This document shows positions 1-11,534 of a DNA stretch of 64,000 nt, piece after piece. A program made the position numbers and the translations under genes. Numbering within the stretch: position 1 is the first letter of the stretch; the number at the start of each line of letters is the position of its first letter. The DNA is from Eledone cirrhosa (lineage: Eukaryota). The notes beneath the pieces are model-generated. The model saw only the letters and a list, made by a program, of their open reading frames with translations, made no database searches and had not been told where the DNA came from. Where the stretch lies: assembly GCA_964016885.1 (NCBI GenBank), contig OZ024744.1, positions 29,884,001 to 29,948,000 on the forward strand, in the 5' to 3' direction.

Positions 1-2293
1 AACGACCCCTCTAGTCTTGGTTGACACTCGTTCTAGAAGTGGTAACACGAAATGATTACCCCTTGGCGGATAAGGATAAAACGCGACAAAATAAAGTAAA
101 TGTCTAATGATAAAATCTCATACCGGATCGGCCGTCACCCGGGTAAAAAAGGGCCGCGTCCCTCAGAGAGAAACCAGACTGGGGTCGAAAAATCAGCTAA
201 TGGTTCAAACCTTCCCATCACTTCGGAGCTGGAGACCTCCCATAACCGGAATACTCCTACTGTTGGCCCTCCATGCTCACCACCAAGAAATCCAAAGAAA
301 AAGAAAGAAAAATGGTCAAGGGAAGATAATAAAGAAGTCCTTGAGGCTTTCTACACTGCCATGTACTACCCATCAAATACATCGAATACAGAACAGACAT
401 ATATCAACTGGAAAAAGAAACATCCCGGATACAGAGGCTATATTGACAGTAACAAACTAGCCAATATACGAAGAAATATTGTAAAAAAAAGTTACTAACT
501 GATATAGAAATTGATCAGATCAAGCTATTAGCACAAAGTCAGCGAAGGGAAAATGAAACATGTGTCAGTGAAAACGAGGTAAACTGTAACACTTCGAATC
601 CCAGGGTTGGGGCGGCATCACTGGCAACATAACAAATTAAAGAAAGGATCGAAAAAGTGGAGGAAGTGCATGCTCAGGATGAAACTCCAAATGAAAATAA
701 TGAGATCGTAAATGATAAAGAAATGAATGAGAATGAACTTGCCAACTTGAAGGATGAAATTATGATCGAATGGATGAAAGTGAAAGAATCTGACATGGGG
801 CAACGAGACACCCTCCCTAAGATCCAGAACTCCAAACAGAACCAAAAGATAATACACAAGACTAACATGATTCTCAAAAACATTATCATCACAAACAAAC
901 TAAACATTACTGATTTAAATCATCTCTATTATGCATCGGCTAAAGTCACCACTCACTTATGTGGAGTGAAGATGAAAAAACAAAGGAATTCCCACAAGAA
1001 ATCTAATTGGCAAGAGAACATCAATCGCCAAATAAACCTTCTCCGATCTGACATAGGCATTTTAACAAACTATAAAGTAGGTGAACATGTTAAACAAACT
1101 AAACTTAGAAAATTGAAAAGAAAGTACAGTATAAAATCAACACGTGACATAGACATGCTGATAGAAATAATCAAGCAAAAAGTGTCGGCCAAAGCTGCTC
1201 GTATAAGGCGCTTTGAAAAACGATCTAGATTCTATAAGGACAATAATATGTTCAAAGACAACCAAAGAAACTTCTACAGAAAAATTGGTAAGTCAACAAT
1301 AACTGCTAAATCAATACCACCCAAGGAGGAAGTGCAAGAATTCTGGGAAAAGATCTGGGCCGAAGAAAAAGTTCATAACATACATGCCCCATGGATAGAC
1401 AGACAAATGAAAGATACAGCTCACCTTGAAGAACAAATATGGGAAAATATAACAGTTGAACAGTTCTAAGAAAAACCACCAAATGGAAATCCCCAGGAAA
1501 AGACAAAATATAAAATTTTTGGATAAATGCCTTCACAGAGTCTCACGAGCTGTTAGCCCAACTTTACAATGAAATAGTTAAGGAGCCAGAAAAGATACCA
1601 TCATGGCTAGTTAACGGCATTACATTCCTGCTTCCGAAGAATGATGAGACAAATAATCCCAAAAATTACAGACCGATAACTTGCTTGACCACAATGTATA
1701 AAATTTTAACATCAGTCCTAACTGAATATACATATGACCACCTGATAACAAATGACCTATTTCCTTTTGAGCAGAAAGGGTGTAAACGAGGCTCATATGG
1801 CTGTAAGGATCAGCTTCTGGTTAACAAAATGATACTGGAAGATTGTCATAATAGACACAAAAATCTATCAATTGCTTGGATAGATTATAAAAAAGCATTC
1901 GATAGTTTGCCACACAGTTGGATTGAAAAATGTTTAGATATTTTCAAAATATCCCCCGTTGTCAGGAGGTTTTTGTCATTCAGTATGAAGACATGCATGG
2001 AAAACGACACTCCTTTTGAATAGTGAAACAAAATCACTGGAAGCTGGAGAAGTTAATATTAATTGTGGAAGTTTTCAGGGTGACTCTTTATCACCGCTTT
2101 TATTCTGCATCGCACTTATACCATTAAGTAAAATGCTCAATGAAAGAAAACATGGATATAGAGTCTATGACAAAACCATTAATCACTTGTTCTACGTCCT
2201 GAATATCTGAGGCTGCAGGTAGTGGCTTGATATTCATCTCAACAAACTTTCCAGTTAACTAACATCAATGACTGAGACTCGAAGAGTAATAAC

Positions 2294-2329
<36 letters not shown>
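1..2329 (+). mobile_element. R4/Dong-like (RLE-type) non-LTR retrotransposon, frameshifted and internally deleted, with (TAA)n tail
   Basis: Broken ORFs 100-498, 657-1469, 1685-2023 and 2016-2210 carry RT motifs (KNYRPITCLTTMYKILT, EQKGC, AWIDYKKAFDS, FQGDSLSPLLFC, INHLFY). 2193-2236 is identical to the ORF end/3'UTR at 63938-63981. (TAA)n follows at about 2287-2329. Confidence 0.85.
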
Positions 2330-2331
<2 letters not shown>

Positions 2332-2574
2332 TTTCTTTATTAACCACAAGGGTTTACATAAAGTAGACATTAAGGACAGTACAGGACAATACAGGACGGT
2401 ACAAATGGGCATTTCTGCGTGTAAAAAAAAACAGAGGTTGAAATAAAATAACAAAGAAAAATTCCCCAATAGGGGGGAGACTTCCAAGGGACATTTGTGG
2501 AGAAAGCCCATTAAAAGATCACAGTGGCCCTGACCACCAGGGCAAGTGCCCTCTCCCAGTTTTCCACCTTTAAT

Positions 2575-5500
2575 TTACAGACACATACTCAGAGAAGGCC
2601 CATTCATTCGGGCCATACTTGCTTCTCTCACCCATCTTTCAACAAAATGCTGGGAAGAGAGCACTTCCCTCTCTACCCTGATTTTCCTTTTCAGATGAAA
2701 TTTGAAAAAGTTAATCAGGGCATCACCGAAGAGGTAAGTGCTCGTCTTCAGCCCTTTCAAACGTGTCCACCATACTATCTCTTTCGCCATGGCCACCAGA
2801 CAGATAAAAACTGCCTGCCCTTCCCGGCTAAAGGAAGAGGGCGGGGCAATCCTCAAGATGGACTCAGCTGATAGCTGGATCCGTCCTACACGTGACAGCA
2901 GGTGTTCGACATAAACCCACAAGTCAGCAATGCTCGGACACTGGACGAGTGCGTGCAGGACGGTTTCGTCGCCCTGTGCGCATCTCGGACATGCCCGGCT
3001 GACGGCACCTCCATGCCTGTAAAGTTTATCCCGAACTGGCAAAGCACCCCGGTAGCACTGCCAGGCCAGGGATTTCTGGAAGTTGTCCATAGGCCCTGGC
3101 CCGAAAGTTCTTCCGAAGAGATTGGCTAGTTGATTTTCGTCGACGCCTAGAGTTTCTCCAAGTACGTCGTCGCTCTTCCCCTCCACTAATCCCCTATAGA
3201 ACGCCAAAGTGGAGTTTCCACCGATCACATTGCCCGATTGGTCGAGGGCTGTGAGCGCCTGAAGACATTCCAGTCTCCAAGCGCTCCCTCTCGGTCTTCG
3301 CTTGACCCAGGACTGCAGCTCCGTCAAGGAGACGAGCTAGGGAAAAACGTGTCTAGCAAACGGCGACCACACCTGATCACCGTCGAGGAAGAGGTGGAGA
3401 TGTCGTAGCCTGAGCGCGTGTCTGCGCATCATCAGCCACGGCATGCCCAGCCCTCCACGTAGCGGGTGTTGACAGCAGATGGACCGCCTGACCATCGGAG
3501 CGCGTCCTTTCCACAAGAAGCGAAAGAGCAAACGCTCCAGCGCAGTCAGGCGGGGCTTAGGACAAGGTACGACGGTCAGGCGGTAGTAGATGACGGATGC
3601 GATGTACGCATTCGCCACCTCCGCTCGACCTTTCAGGGATAGCTTCCTCTCGGCCCATTTCTGGGTGAGAGAAGCCACCCTGCTCGTCACCTCGTCCCAG
3701 TTTTTGTCCGTCTGGAGGTCTGGACCGAACCAGACCCCTAGCAATTTAACCGGTCCGTCCGTCCAGCGCCCGACGACGCTGTTGGACGGCATGGACCTGC
3801 CTCTCCAGGTGCCGAGCTGCAGGCCCACTGACTTTTCCTGGTTGATCATTGCTCCTGTCACCGCTTCGTATTCTCTTAGTGTAGTGCCGATCGCCTCGAT
3901 GTGTTTGGCGTTCGACACCACTACGGTGACATCGTCGGCATATGCTGACACGGATCTTCCGCATCCTAGTTCGCGCGGGACTCCCCTCAACGTCTCCAGT
4001 TTGTGCAGTAATGGCTCGAGAGTCAATACGTACAATAGGGACGAGAGGGGACATCCTTGGCGGACCGAGCGCATGATGTTGAACGGTTCCGAAAGGTGAC
4101 CGTTCACTCTCACTACAGAGCAGATGTCGCTGTGCATGGCAGCGATCCAGCCTCTGAAGACGGGCCCAAAGCCAGCCGCCCTCAGGACTGCCGCTAGGTA
4201 ACGATGGTCGACCCTATCGAAGGCTTTCGATTGATCTAAATTGATCAAAGACCCACCCTTGCCAGGTTCTCTAGCTACCCTCTCTACGATGTATCGCATG
4301 AGGTGGAGGTTGTCGTGCATGGATCTGTCGGGAATGGCGCATGTCTGTGCCTCTCCCACCAGACCACCAACGACAAGCGCCAACCTCTTTGCTAGCACCT
4401 TGGCCAACATCTTGAACTCTGTGTTTAGCAGAGTTATGGGTCTAAAATTATCTATGTTATCCCCCTTGTTCGGATCCTTTCTCAGCAGCACCACCGCTCC
4501 TCGGCTCACAAAGCTGGGAATTCTCCCGTTCTGTTGCCAGTTGCAGTAGACGTCCGCCAAGAGGCCTCCGAACAAGTTTGGCATTTGTACGTAAAGTTCA
4601 TACGGCAGACCATCCAAACCAGGCGATTTACCCCTTGTGCAACTAGTCATTGCATCCCGTACTTCAGCGGTTGTTATCGGCTTTTCGCAACACTCCGCCT
4701 CAGTGGCCGAAAGCCGCGGCAGTCCGTCGAGGTAGACACTAAAGTCCATCCCTCGATCCGGCGCGCCACTGCCCCCGAACAGTTGAGCGAAGTGTCGCTG
4801 AAAAGCTTCACACATTTGCCCGGGATCGAGTAGCATGCGCCCGTCGTGGTCCACCAAAGACCGGATCGTGGCTTTGTTGCCACGACGCGCCTCCGCCACT
4901 CGGGCCCATTGAACGGCTTTCGTCCCCTCGTGTCTGAGAGCACGCACCCTAGCTCTGACAACGCAGCCTTCGTGCTTTGCATTGAAGAATTGGTCAAGGG
5001 CCAATTTCGCCGCAAGTACGTCGGTCGCGATGCCTTTGCTAAGCGCCTCATCTAATTTTCTAACTAGTTCTCCCTCTGCTCTATTTTTCTCTATTGCTAA
5101 AGTCTTACTAAACCTAATGGACTCTATTCTAATTGCTCTTTTCAGAGCAAACCACCACTTGTTGTTGACGATGGCCCCCGTCAACGCCCGCTTAACTAGT
5201 TCGCTAATCCGGTCTCTGTAGGCCTTGCGCGCTGGTAAGGACGCGTTTAGCTTCCCGTAGCCGGGTCCTCGCCTATGAAGCCTATCTAAGTCAAGCACAC
5301 AGATCACGAATTTGTGGTCCGTGTAGCTGACTATCTTGATTTGTGGACAGCCTATGCTAGACCTATCTATTTCCCTACAAAATACTCTATCTAGATATGA
5401 TCTGGATGACCCTATGCGATTTGTCCAAGTCCACATTGGTACATTCGGGAAATCCATTCGGTACCTGTCAGACAGTTCAAAACGTCTGAGCAGGTTAGTG

Positions 5501-5994
5501 AGACTCTTGCACCCTCCTTCCCTATCCACTAATCCCACACAATCCCAGCGTGCATCTAAGATCCCGTTCCAGTCGCCCACTAACACTAAAGAGCGGGACG
5601 TTCCAAGAAAGGTCTCCAGACGCCGGAAGAAATCAGGCCGCCCTGCTCCTGTCGGGGCATAGACGGCCACTAACCTGAAAGCTTGCCCGTCTCCGCTGGT
5701 CACGTCCAGCACCACCAACTTACCTTCTGGGTCCAGGAAGATGGCCCGTATGGCAAGATCCAAACCTCTCCGAAAAAGCACAGCAACTCCTCCCCCCGAT
5801 CCCGGACGGCTGGGAGATGCGTACACATCGTAGCCGCCGAAGATCGGTGCGAAAGCCTGTGCTTCGGCGATTCTGGTCTCGCTGATGGCCACTACATCTA
5901 TGTTTAGTGACCTGAGGTCGTTGAGCAGGTGGCCCTGCTTCCATGACGTCCCCAAGCCACGCGCATTTATGCTGCCTATTCTGAGTGAGGTCAT
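2575..5994 (-). pseudogene. Tx1-A ORF2: APE endonuclease + reverse transcriptase + C-terminal Cys/His finger, with one in-frame stop
   Basis: Motifs: SINARG, ISET, VYAP, GDWN, YLDR, YTDH (APE); GLDGLP, FRPITLLN, LDQSKAFDRV, RQGCPLS, YADD (RT); CPRC..ETVLHALVQC. ORFs 3337-5994 and 2575-3327 share a frame and are split by TAG at 3337-3339. Confidence 0.92.
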
Positions 5995-6028
5995 GTTGAA
6001 AAGGAGTGGAAAAGATGGGAAAGACCAC

Positions 6029-6876
6029 TTACCTTACTTCTCGTAGGGGAAGGATGGTTTTTCCATCCTTTTCACTGCTTGTGGCCTCCTCAGGTAGGAT
6101 GTCCTTATAAATCCTCCTGGAGAGTGCTTGTCGGAAGTCTCCGATGTCTTTGGGGAATTTTTGTTTTAGTGTCATGTACGTTTTCTGTGTGATGCGAGTG
6201 ATTTGTATGTGTGGAGGTGGTGTGAATTTTGGGGTTGTTGTGTAGTCTTTTTCTGTGATGCTGGTGTTGTGTTGGATGTAGTGTAATAATTGCTTGTTGT
6301 TCAAATTTAATGCTGTGTAGTGTGTATCGTTTTGGTTGTTTTGTTTTGTTTGCGTTTGTTGTTGGTTTGTTTCTGTTTCGCATTTTGGTGACTTTTGTAC
6401 CCATTTTTCTTTACCATTTGTTTGGCATTTTCTAAATCTTCTTGAGTTACCGTGAACGCTTCGAATTGTTTTGCTACGATGGCGAAACTGAGGGTCGGTT
6501 TTATAATGTCATTGTTGTTGTTGTTGCTATCGTTAATATTAATTTTAGTTTCAGTTGTGGTGTTGGTGACGTCAATCGTCTTTGGTGGGGAAGAGTCCAT
6601 TTTGCTTGATTTCATTTCGACATCACGAGTTAATTTATTTTTTTCTTCTTTTGTTTCTGTTGTCGCGGTGGTGGTGGTGGTGGAGGCTTTAACACCTGCA
6701 GTCATTGGTAATGGCGGGAAATGAATGTCTGCCGGAGACAAATTTAAAATATTTCTACTGCTTATATTTTTTTTTGTGTTGGCAAACGTAGTAACATTTA
6801 CAATGGTGGTGTCGGTGTGAGGTGTTATTTTGTGAGGAAGGCTTTCAGCTGCTTCGTGCAGAGGTGAAGTAGCCAT
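6029..6876 (-). pseudogene. Tx1-A ORF1 relic, internally deleted
   Basis: It starts MATSPLHEAAES at the ATG at 6876. The N-part (LSFAIVAK) and C-part (TYMTLKQKFPKDI..RRIYK) align by eye with subfamily B ORF1, but the central region with the CCHC knuckle is missing. Confidence 0.65.
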
Positions 6877-7084
6877 TTTTTTCAAAGAAATTTTTTGATA
6901 ATAATAAAAGTTAAAATTTTGGGCACAAGGCCCCAATCTTTTTAGGTGTCCTTTTCGGAAAACAATGTATGTGTGCTTATAAACAGTTAACAATAAAATT
7001 TTCCATAAATGGCAATTTTTAAACAAACGGAAATAACAAACCTTTGCGGAGCTCACGATAATACGATTTCCTACGTAGGTCGCC

Positions 7085-7143
<59 letters not shown>

Positions 7144-7406
7144 CGATCTATGATAATACTCATTGGGCGTTTGTATATATATGCATTTATTATATATATA
7201 CACACCACACACATATATATATAAACAAATACATATATAATATATTTCTCCCGAATGAAACAGTTCTAGTCTTGTAGAAGCCATTTCTATATTAAATATT
7301 TATACTCTACTATGTACTGAGTACCTTTCTTACTGTGGTTACCCCTGATTGAACTCGGGATAAACTTATATATATATATATGTATTAGAAATATAAGCTT
7401 TCACCG

Positions 7407-7603
7407 TATTTTTGACTAAAGACATTTTTAGCCTGATAGTGGGGTTTAGAACCCTCAGAGAAATTGAAAAAGATGAGTATTGACGTACATGGGAGTCGAA
7501 CCCACATCTTTGGTTATCCATGTACGTCAATACTCATCTTTTTCCATTTCTCTTGGGGTTCTAAACCTCACTGTCAAGCTAAAAATGTCTTTAGTAAAAA
7601 ATA
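7407..7603. repeat. Fold-back inverted repeat (about 85-bp arms) with tRNA-like B-box in the loop
   Basis: The arms TTTTGACTAAAGACATTTTTAG...GACGTACATGG and CCATGTACGTC...CTAAAAATGTCTTTAGTAAAAA are reverse complements. The minus-strand loop reads GGGTTCGACTCCC. (TA)n flanks both sides. Confidence 0.8.
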
Positions 7604-7697
7604 ATATATATATATATATATAATATAATATATATATATATATATTATGTTTTGAAACAGTGAGCGAGTTTGAAATTAGAAATATAAGCTTTCACCG

Positions 7698-7728
<31 letters not shown>

Positions 7729-7819
7729 ACGAAGGAAATGTGGTAAGGAACCAGGTGGACCATAACGCACCAAAGTACTCAATACTTAGGGTAGTAGAGT
7801 GGGTAATAGGAACCAGTAA

Positions 7820-7914
7820 GACGCCGACGGCTGAGCTCAAGCCGTTTCGACGGTTAATTCTGGACTAAATGAAAATTTATCCTGGTATTTAAATAGCCGA
7901 GCTTCTCAAGGGGT
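7820..7914 (-). ncRNA. Type I hammerhead-like motif, variant core UUGAGAA (U3:A8), in a short Penelope pLTR-like repeat
   Basis: Minus strand: ACCCC-TTGAGAA-[long stem II]-GAAA-CGGC TTGAGCTCA GCCG-TC-GGCGT. The sister copy at about 47298-47326 has GGGGT, which completes stem I. Confidence 0.55.
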
Positions 7915-8582
7915 AATTCCATATATGGTCAAAGTGATTGTCAAAAGTCAGTAGTAATTCTGTGATTGCAAATTAGTAGGGGAGATGGTGGCTAAACCTG
8001 CCAGTAGGAGAAAAAGGGGAGGGGTGGATTAGACCCAATCATGCGTTGGTAGTGCCAGCTACAGCTGGGCATGAGGTCAAAGAAGATACTGGGGAGGGGG
8101 AGGGGGGAAGTCGGAACGGTAGGTAGAACAATGAGGGGTAAAAATATATATATGAAAGAAAAAATACTGAGAGTGATGAAAAGCGAATAAGTGTAAAGAA
8201 AAAAAGTATAAAAGCAAGTTCTACGACCTAAGTCTCTAGCTATTGTTACGCTAGGTAAATTAATAAATAAATAAAGAAAGAAATAAAGAAAGAAATAAAG
8301 AGATAACGAAATAAGTAAATAAATTAGGTGGGACGGAATAGGCAAGGACCCTTTTAAGAGGTATAAGCACGTAAATCATACGGTGACGGGTCAACAAATG
8401 GGGCCAAAATACTAAAGAAACTACCACGAACTTTCCCCCCGTTGATGGGCGTGAGCCCGAAATATTGGAATTAAATCTCCACTACGGTAACCCTTCTACC
8501 TTTGTTTTGTTTTCGTTTTTTCTTTTCTCTCAATTTTCACTTTTCTCCTATTTCTCACTCACTTCCTACCTCGAGATTTCCC

Positions 8583-8647
<65 letters not shown>

Positions 8648-8695
8648 CGAACGAGTTGTGGTAAGGAATATATATATATATATATATCTTTGAAA

Positions 8696-8730
<35 letters not shown>

Positions 8731-8735
<5 letters not shown>

Positions 8736-9472
8736 TAAAATAACAGATTAAAGTTTAAGCAAAGAATCGCTGCTTTCACCCTTAACGGGATCTTCTGAAA
8801 AGCATACACACACACACATATTTATATGTGCGTGGTTTTGCGTATGCTTGTGTATGTACATATCTGTTTGCGTGTATGTATTTATTTGTTTCTATTACTT
8901 CTGTATTGTATTTATTTACTTTGTTCTTAACTCTGTAGCGGAGATTCATTTGGTCTCCTAGTTAGAATTTTAGTCTACGATTTCTGCTATACCATTTACG
9001 TGGTTTTGTCGTTGCGTGCTATTGTTCTCCACGCTCCACATATGACTTATTATCTTCGTTTTTTCGTTCATTGCCAGAGAACGTCTCTATGCACCACCTA
9101 AGAGAACATTAGTCTACGACCTCTTTTATACCATAAACGTGGTTTTGTCTTTGCGCGTAATTGTTTTTCACCGCTCCTATTAATGACGTATTATTCGTTT
9201 TTTCCCGTTCTTTGCCAGCGAACGTTACCACGAACCAAAGTATCATCTTCCTGTCTTCCTCCGGTTGCAACGTTTTTTGAAATATCCAGTTTGGCGTTTA
9301 CAGATTGACTTTGTTAGTTTCAGAAGATCCCGTTAAGGGTGAAAGCAGCGATTCTTTGCTTAAACTTTAATCTGTTATTTTAATAAATATTTGCTCTACG
9401 GTTCTTATATATTTGATATATATTTTCCTTATCGAGCCCTTTTTGGATTTTAGTCTTCAATTTTATTATTAT

Positions 9473-9475
<3 letters not shown>
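8731..9475 (+). mobile_element. Solo Penelope-like pLTR with inverted partial copy at its 5' side
   Basis: 8731-8800 is the reverse complement of about 9318-9387. The body is homologous to 50426-50900, the 3'UTR of the minus-strand Penelope-like ORF. (TA)n flanks both sides. Confidence 0.75.
9316..9366 (+). ncRNA. Type I hammerhead-like motif, core CAGAAGA
   Basis: AGTTT-CAGAAGA-TCCC GTTAA GGGT-GAAA-GCAG CGATTC TTTGC-TT-AAACT. Minus-strand copies occur at 8752-8800 and 50430-50480. Confidence 0.55.
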
Positions 9476-9544
<69 letters not shown>

Positions 9545-9719
9545 CCACTGGAAAGAAAGAAAAAAATATCTGTTTTCATTATATAAACATTATGAAGTCA
9601 TTCTTTTTCCTTTTTTTAATATATATATATCATTCATTGTTTTACGATCGTTTCGGAGGGTTGATCACATCGATATATTGACTGGTCTATAGGAGTTAGA
9701 GAACTGTATACTATCAGAC

Positions 9720-10078
9720 ATAATATATGTTGTTAGATTGGGTGGTAGTTTTTCCCCGCTTTACAACCATATATGAACATTTATCTTGGCCAAAGTCCAT
9801 TCCTATATCCTTTGAGAATGTTGTAACCAAGTCAAGCTTTTTCTTCATCGCATTTATGTTCTGGTCACAGAGTTTCAGGTCGTCCACAAAGAAATTATGG
9901 GCTAAATTCGTATTTCTGTTCTCCTGTGAACCAATGATATATCTTTCAGATTTGTGTTTAATGACAGGATAAATAGTAGCCCAGAGAGACTGTCTCCTTG
10001 AAATATATTTCTGTGATATTCTATTTTATCAGTGGAATTAGAGTCCTCCTTCTCTGTCTTTAACTTTAGGATAGTGGC
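9720..10078 (-). mobile_element. R4/Dong-like RT fragment
   Basis: It encodes IFQGDSLSGLLFILSLN and HNFFVDDLKL. Nucleotide similarity to 54290-54452 (ATGAACATTTATCTTGGCCAAAGTCCATTCCTATATCC). Confidence 0.75.
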
Positions 10079-10649
10079 CCGAGAAGAAGGCAGCTTCTCT
10101 ATGGCTCTGATAATAATTTGCGTGTAGACAGGTCTCACTGGAAAAAGGGGTGGGACCGCTGAGTGTATTACGTGGCTGTGAAGGGAGGCGGGGGGAACTA
10201 ATCAATTCCACGGATGTTTTTGCAACCAAGGGAATATTTGATTCTGTGACCTTTTCAATGACTGATTTGAGCACTTGTGCCTCTTTCTTGCTTCCATGGC
10301 GCAGTTATTCCATTTTTTCCCTCAGAGACCCACGGGAGGGATAGGGATCGAATATTTTCTTAATATCCCTTCGAACAATGAGTACATTTGCCATTTCTAA
10401 TTCTACCAATGTTTCTAGTTAAAATTCTACCAATTTCTAGTTACAGGTTTAAACTTTTCTGAATGGCAGCATTTGGTGGCCAGTGACCAATTAGTGCACA
10501 AGTTCTTAAACATTTTTGGGCCACCCTTATCCCCTTCACGACCATGTAATACTCTCACCACCCCCACCCCTATTTCCAGAGAGACCTAACTACACGCAAA
10601 TTGTAAGTAATATATAACAAATAAAATCGCTAATTTATATATAATAATA

Positions 10650-10832
10650 ATTGTTTCTACTTTTGGCACAAGGCCAACAATTATTCCATTGCATTACTGG
10701 TACTTTTTTTATCGACCTCGTAAGGATGAAAGGCAACGTTAACCTCGGCGCGATTTGAAATCAGATCATAAAGGACCGTAACTCTATGCTGCAAAGCAGG
10801 GTGTCCGACTCTCTACCGATACTGCCAATCCA
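10650..10832 (-). mobile_element. tRNA-derived SINE (cephalopod-type), diverged
   Basis: Minus strand reads ...TTCAAATCGCGCCGAGGTTAACGTTGCCTTTCATCCTTACGAGGTCGATAAAA..GTACCAGT..GGCCTTGTGCCAAAAGTAGAAAC plus an ATT tail. It is homologous to 34113-34283. Confidence 0.7.
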
Positions 10833-11534
10833 CAATATATATAAGAAATAATATATATACTATGTATTTATTTTACTATATATATATAATATGTATCATT
10901 TGCTATTTAATATACTATTATATCATCTCTACCGCCCCTCACCGCCACCTTAGGCGCCACTTATGTTGGGAGGGCTACATTTGAAATTTTATCTTAAGTC
11001 AATCGAATGTTCAAATCTACCTAACACACTCTCTCACACTCTCCCTCTCTCACCCTTCCATTTATACACACACACACACACATAGATATACACATATTTA
11101 TATACATTTATATATATGGGTGTGTGTATGTGTATCTATCTATCTCTGTCAGAGTCTTTCTCTCTCTATCTATATACACACACCGTCATGTATGTATAAT
11201 TTATGTGTATATATACACATACATATATATATTTACATACACATACACACCGTCATGTATGTATAATTATGTGTATATATATATAAATATATATATAAAT
11301 TTACACACATATACACACCCTGTCATGCATGTATAATTATGTATATATATAGACATATATATATATTTACATACACTAACACACACCGTCATGTATGTGT
11401 ATACATACACATATATATATATATATTTACACACACCGTCAAGTATTTATATCGATCCACACGTATTTATTCTTTCACTTCCTTTTTTACAACGTGCTGT
11501 TTAACTTGTTTTCTTTCTTCCTTTTCTTCTTTTT

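Larger units (their letters stand above)
2330..7084 (-). mobile_element. L1-clade Tx1-like non-LTR retrotransposon, subfamily A, near full length
   Basis: It has an ORF1 relic plus APE-RT-zinc finger ORF2. AATAAA lies just before the 3' end (about 2336-2341). (AAT)n flanks both sides (2287-2329 and 7085-7141). Confidence 0.9.

Noticed and set aside
1-99. Possible 5' self-cleaving ribozyme of the R4/Dong-like element
   Set aside because: The window edge truncates the region, and I could not build an HDV-like or hammerhead fold by eye.
3590-5907. Antisense and alternative-frame ORFs recurring over Tx1 ORF2 copies
   Set aside because: They are shadows of a GC-rich coding strand and recur only because the elements are homologous.
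8432-8470. Hammerhead-like TTCC..GTTGATGGGCGTGAGCCCGAAATATTGGAA
   Set aside because: Stem II and GAAA are present, but the CUGANGA core is too degraded to call.
10078-10400. Possible ORF1 fragment of another Tx1-like element on the minus strand
   Set aside because: Only vague similarity (RPVYTQIIIRAIEK) and no diagnostic motif.
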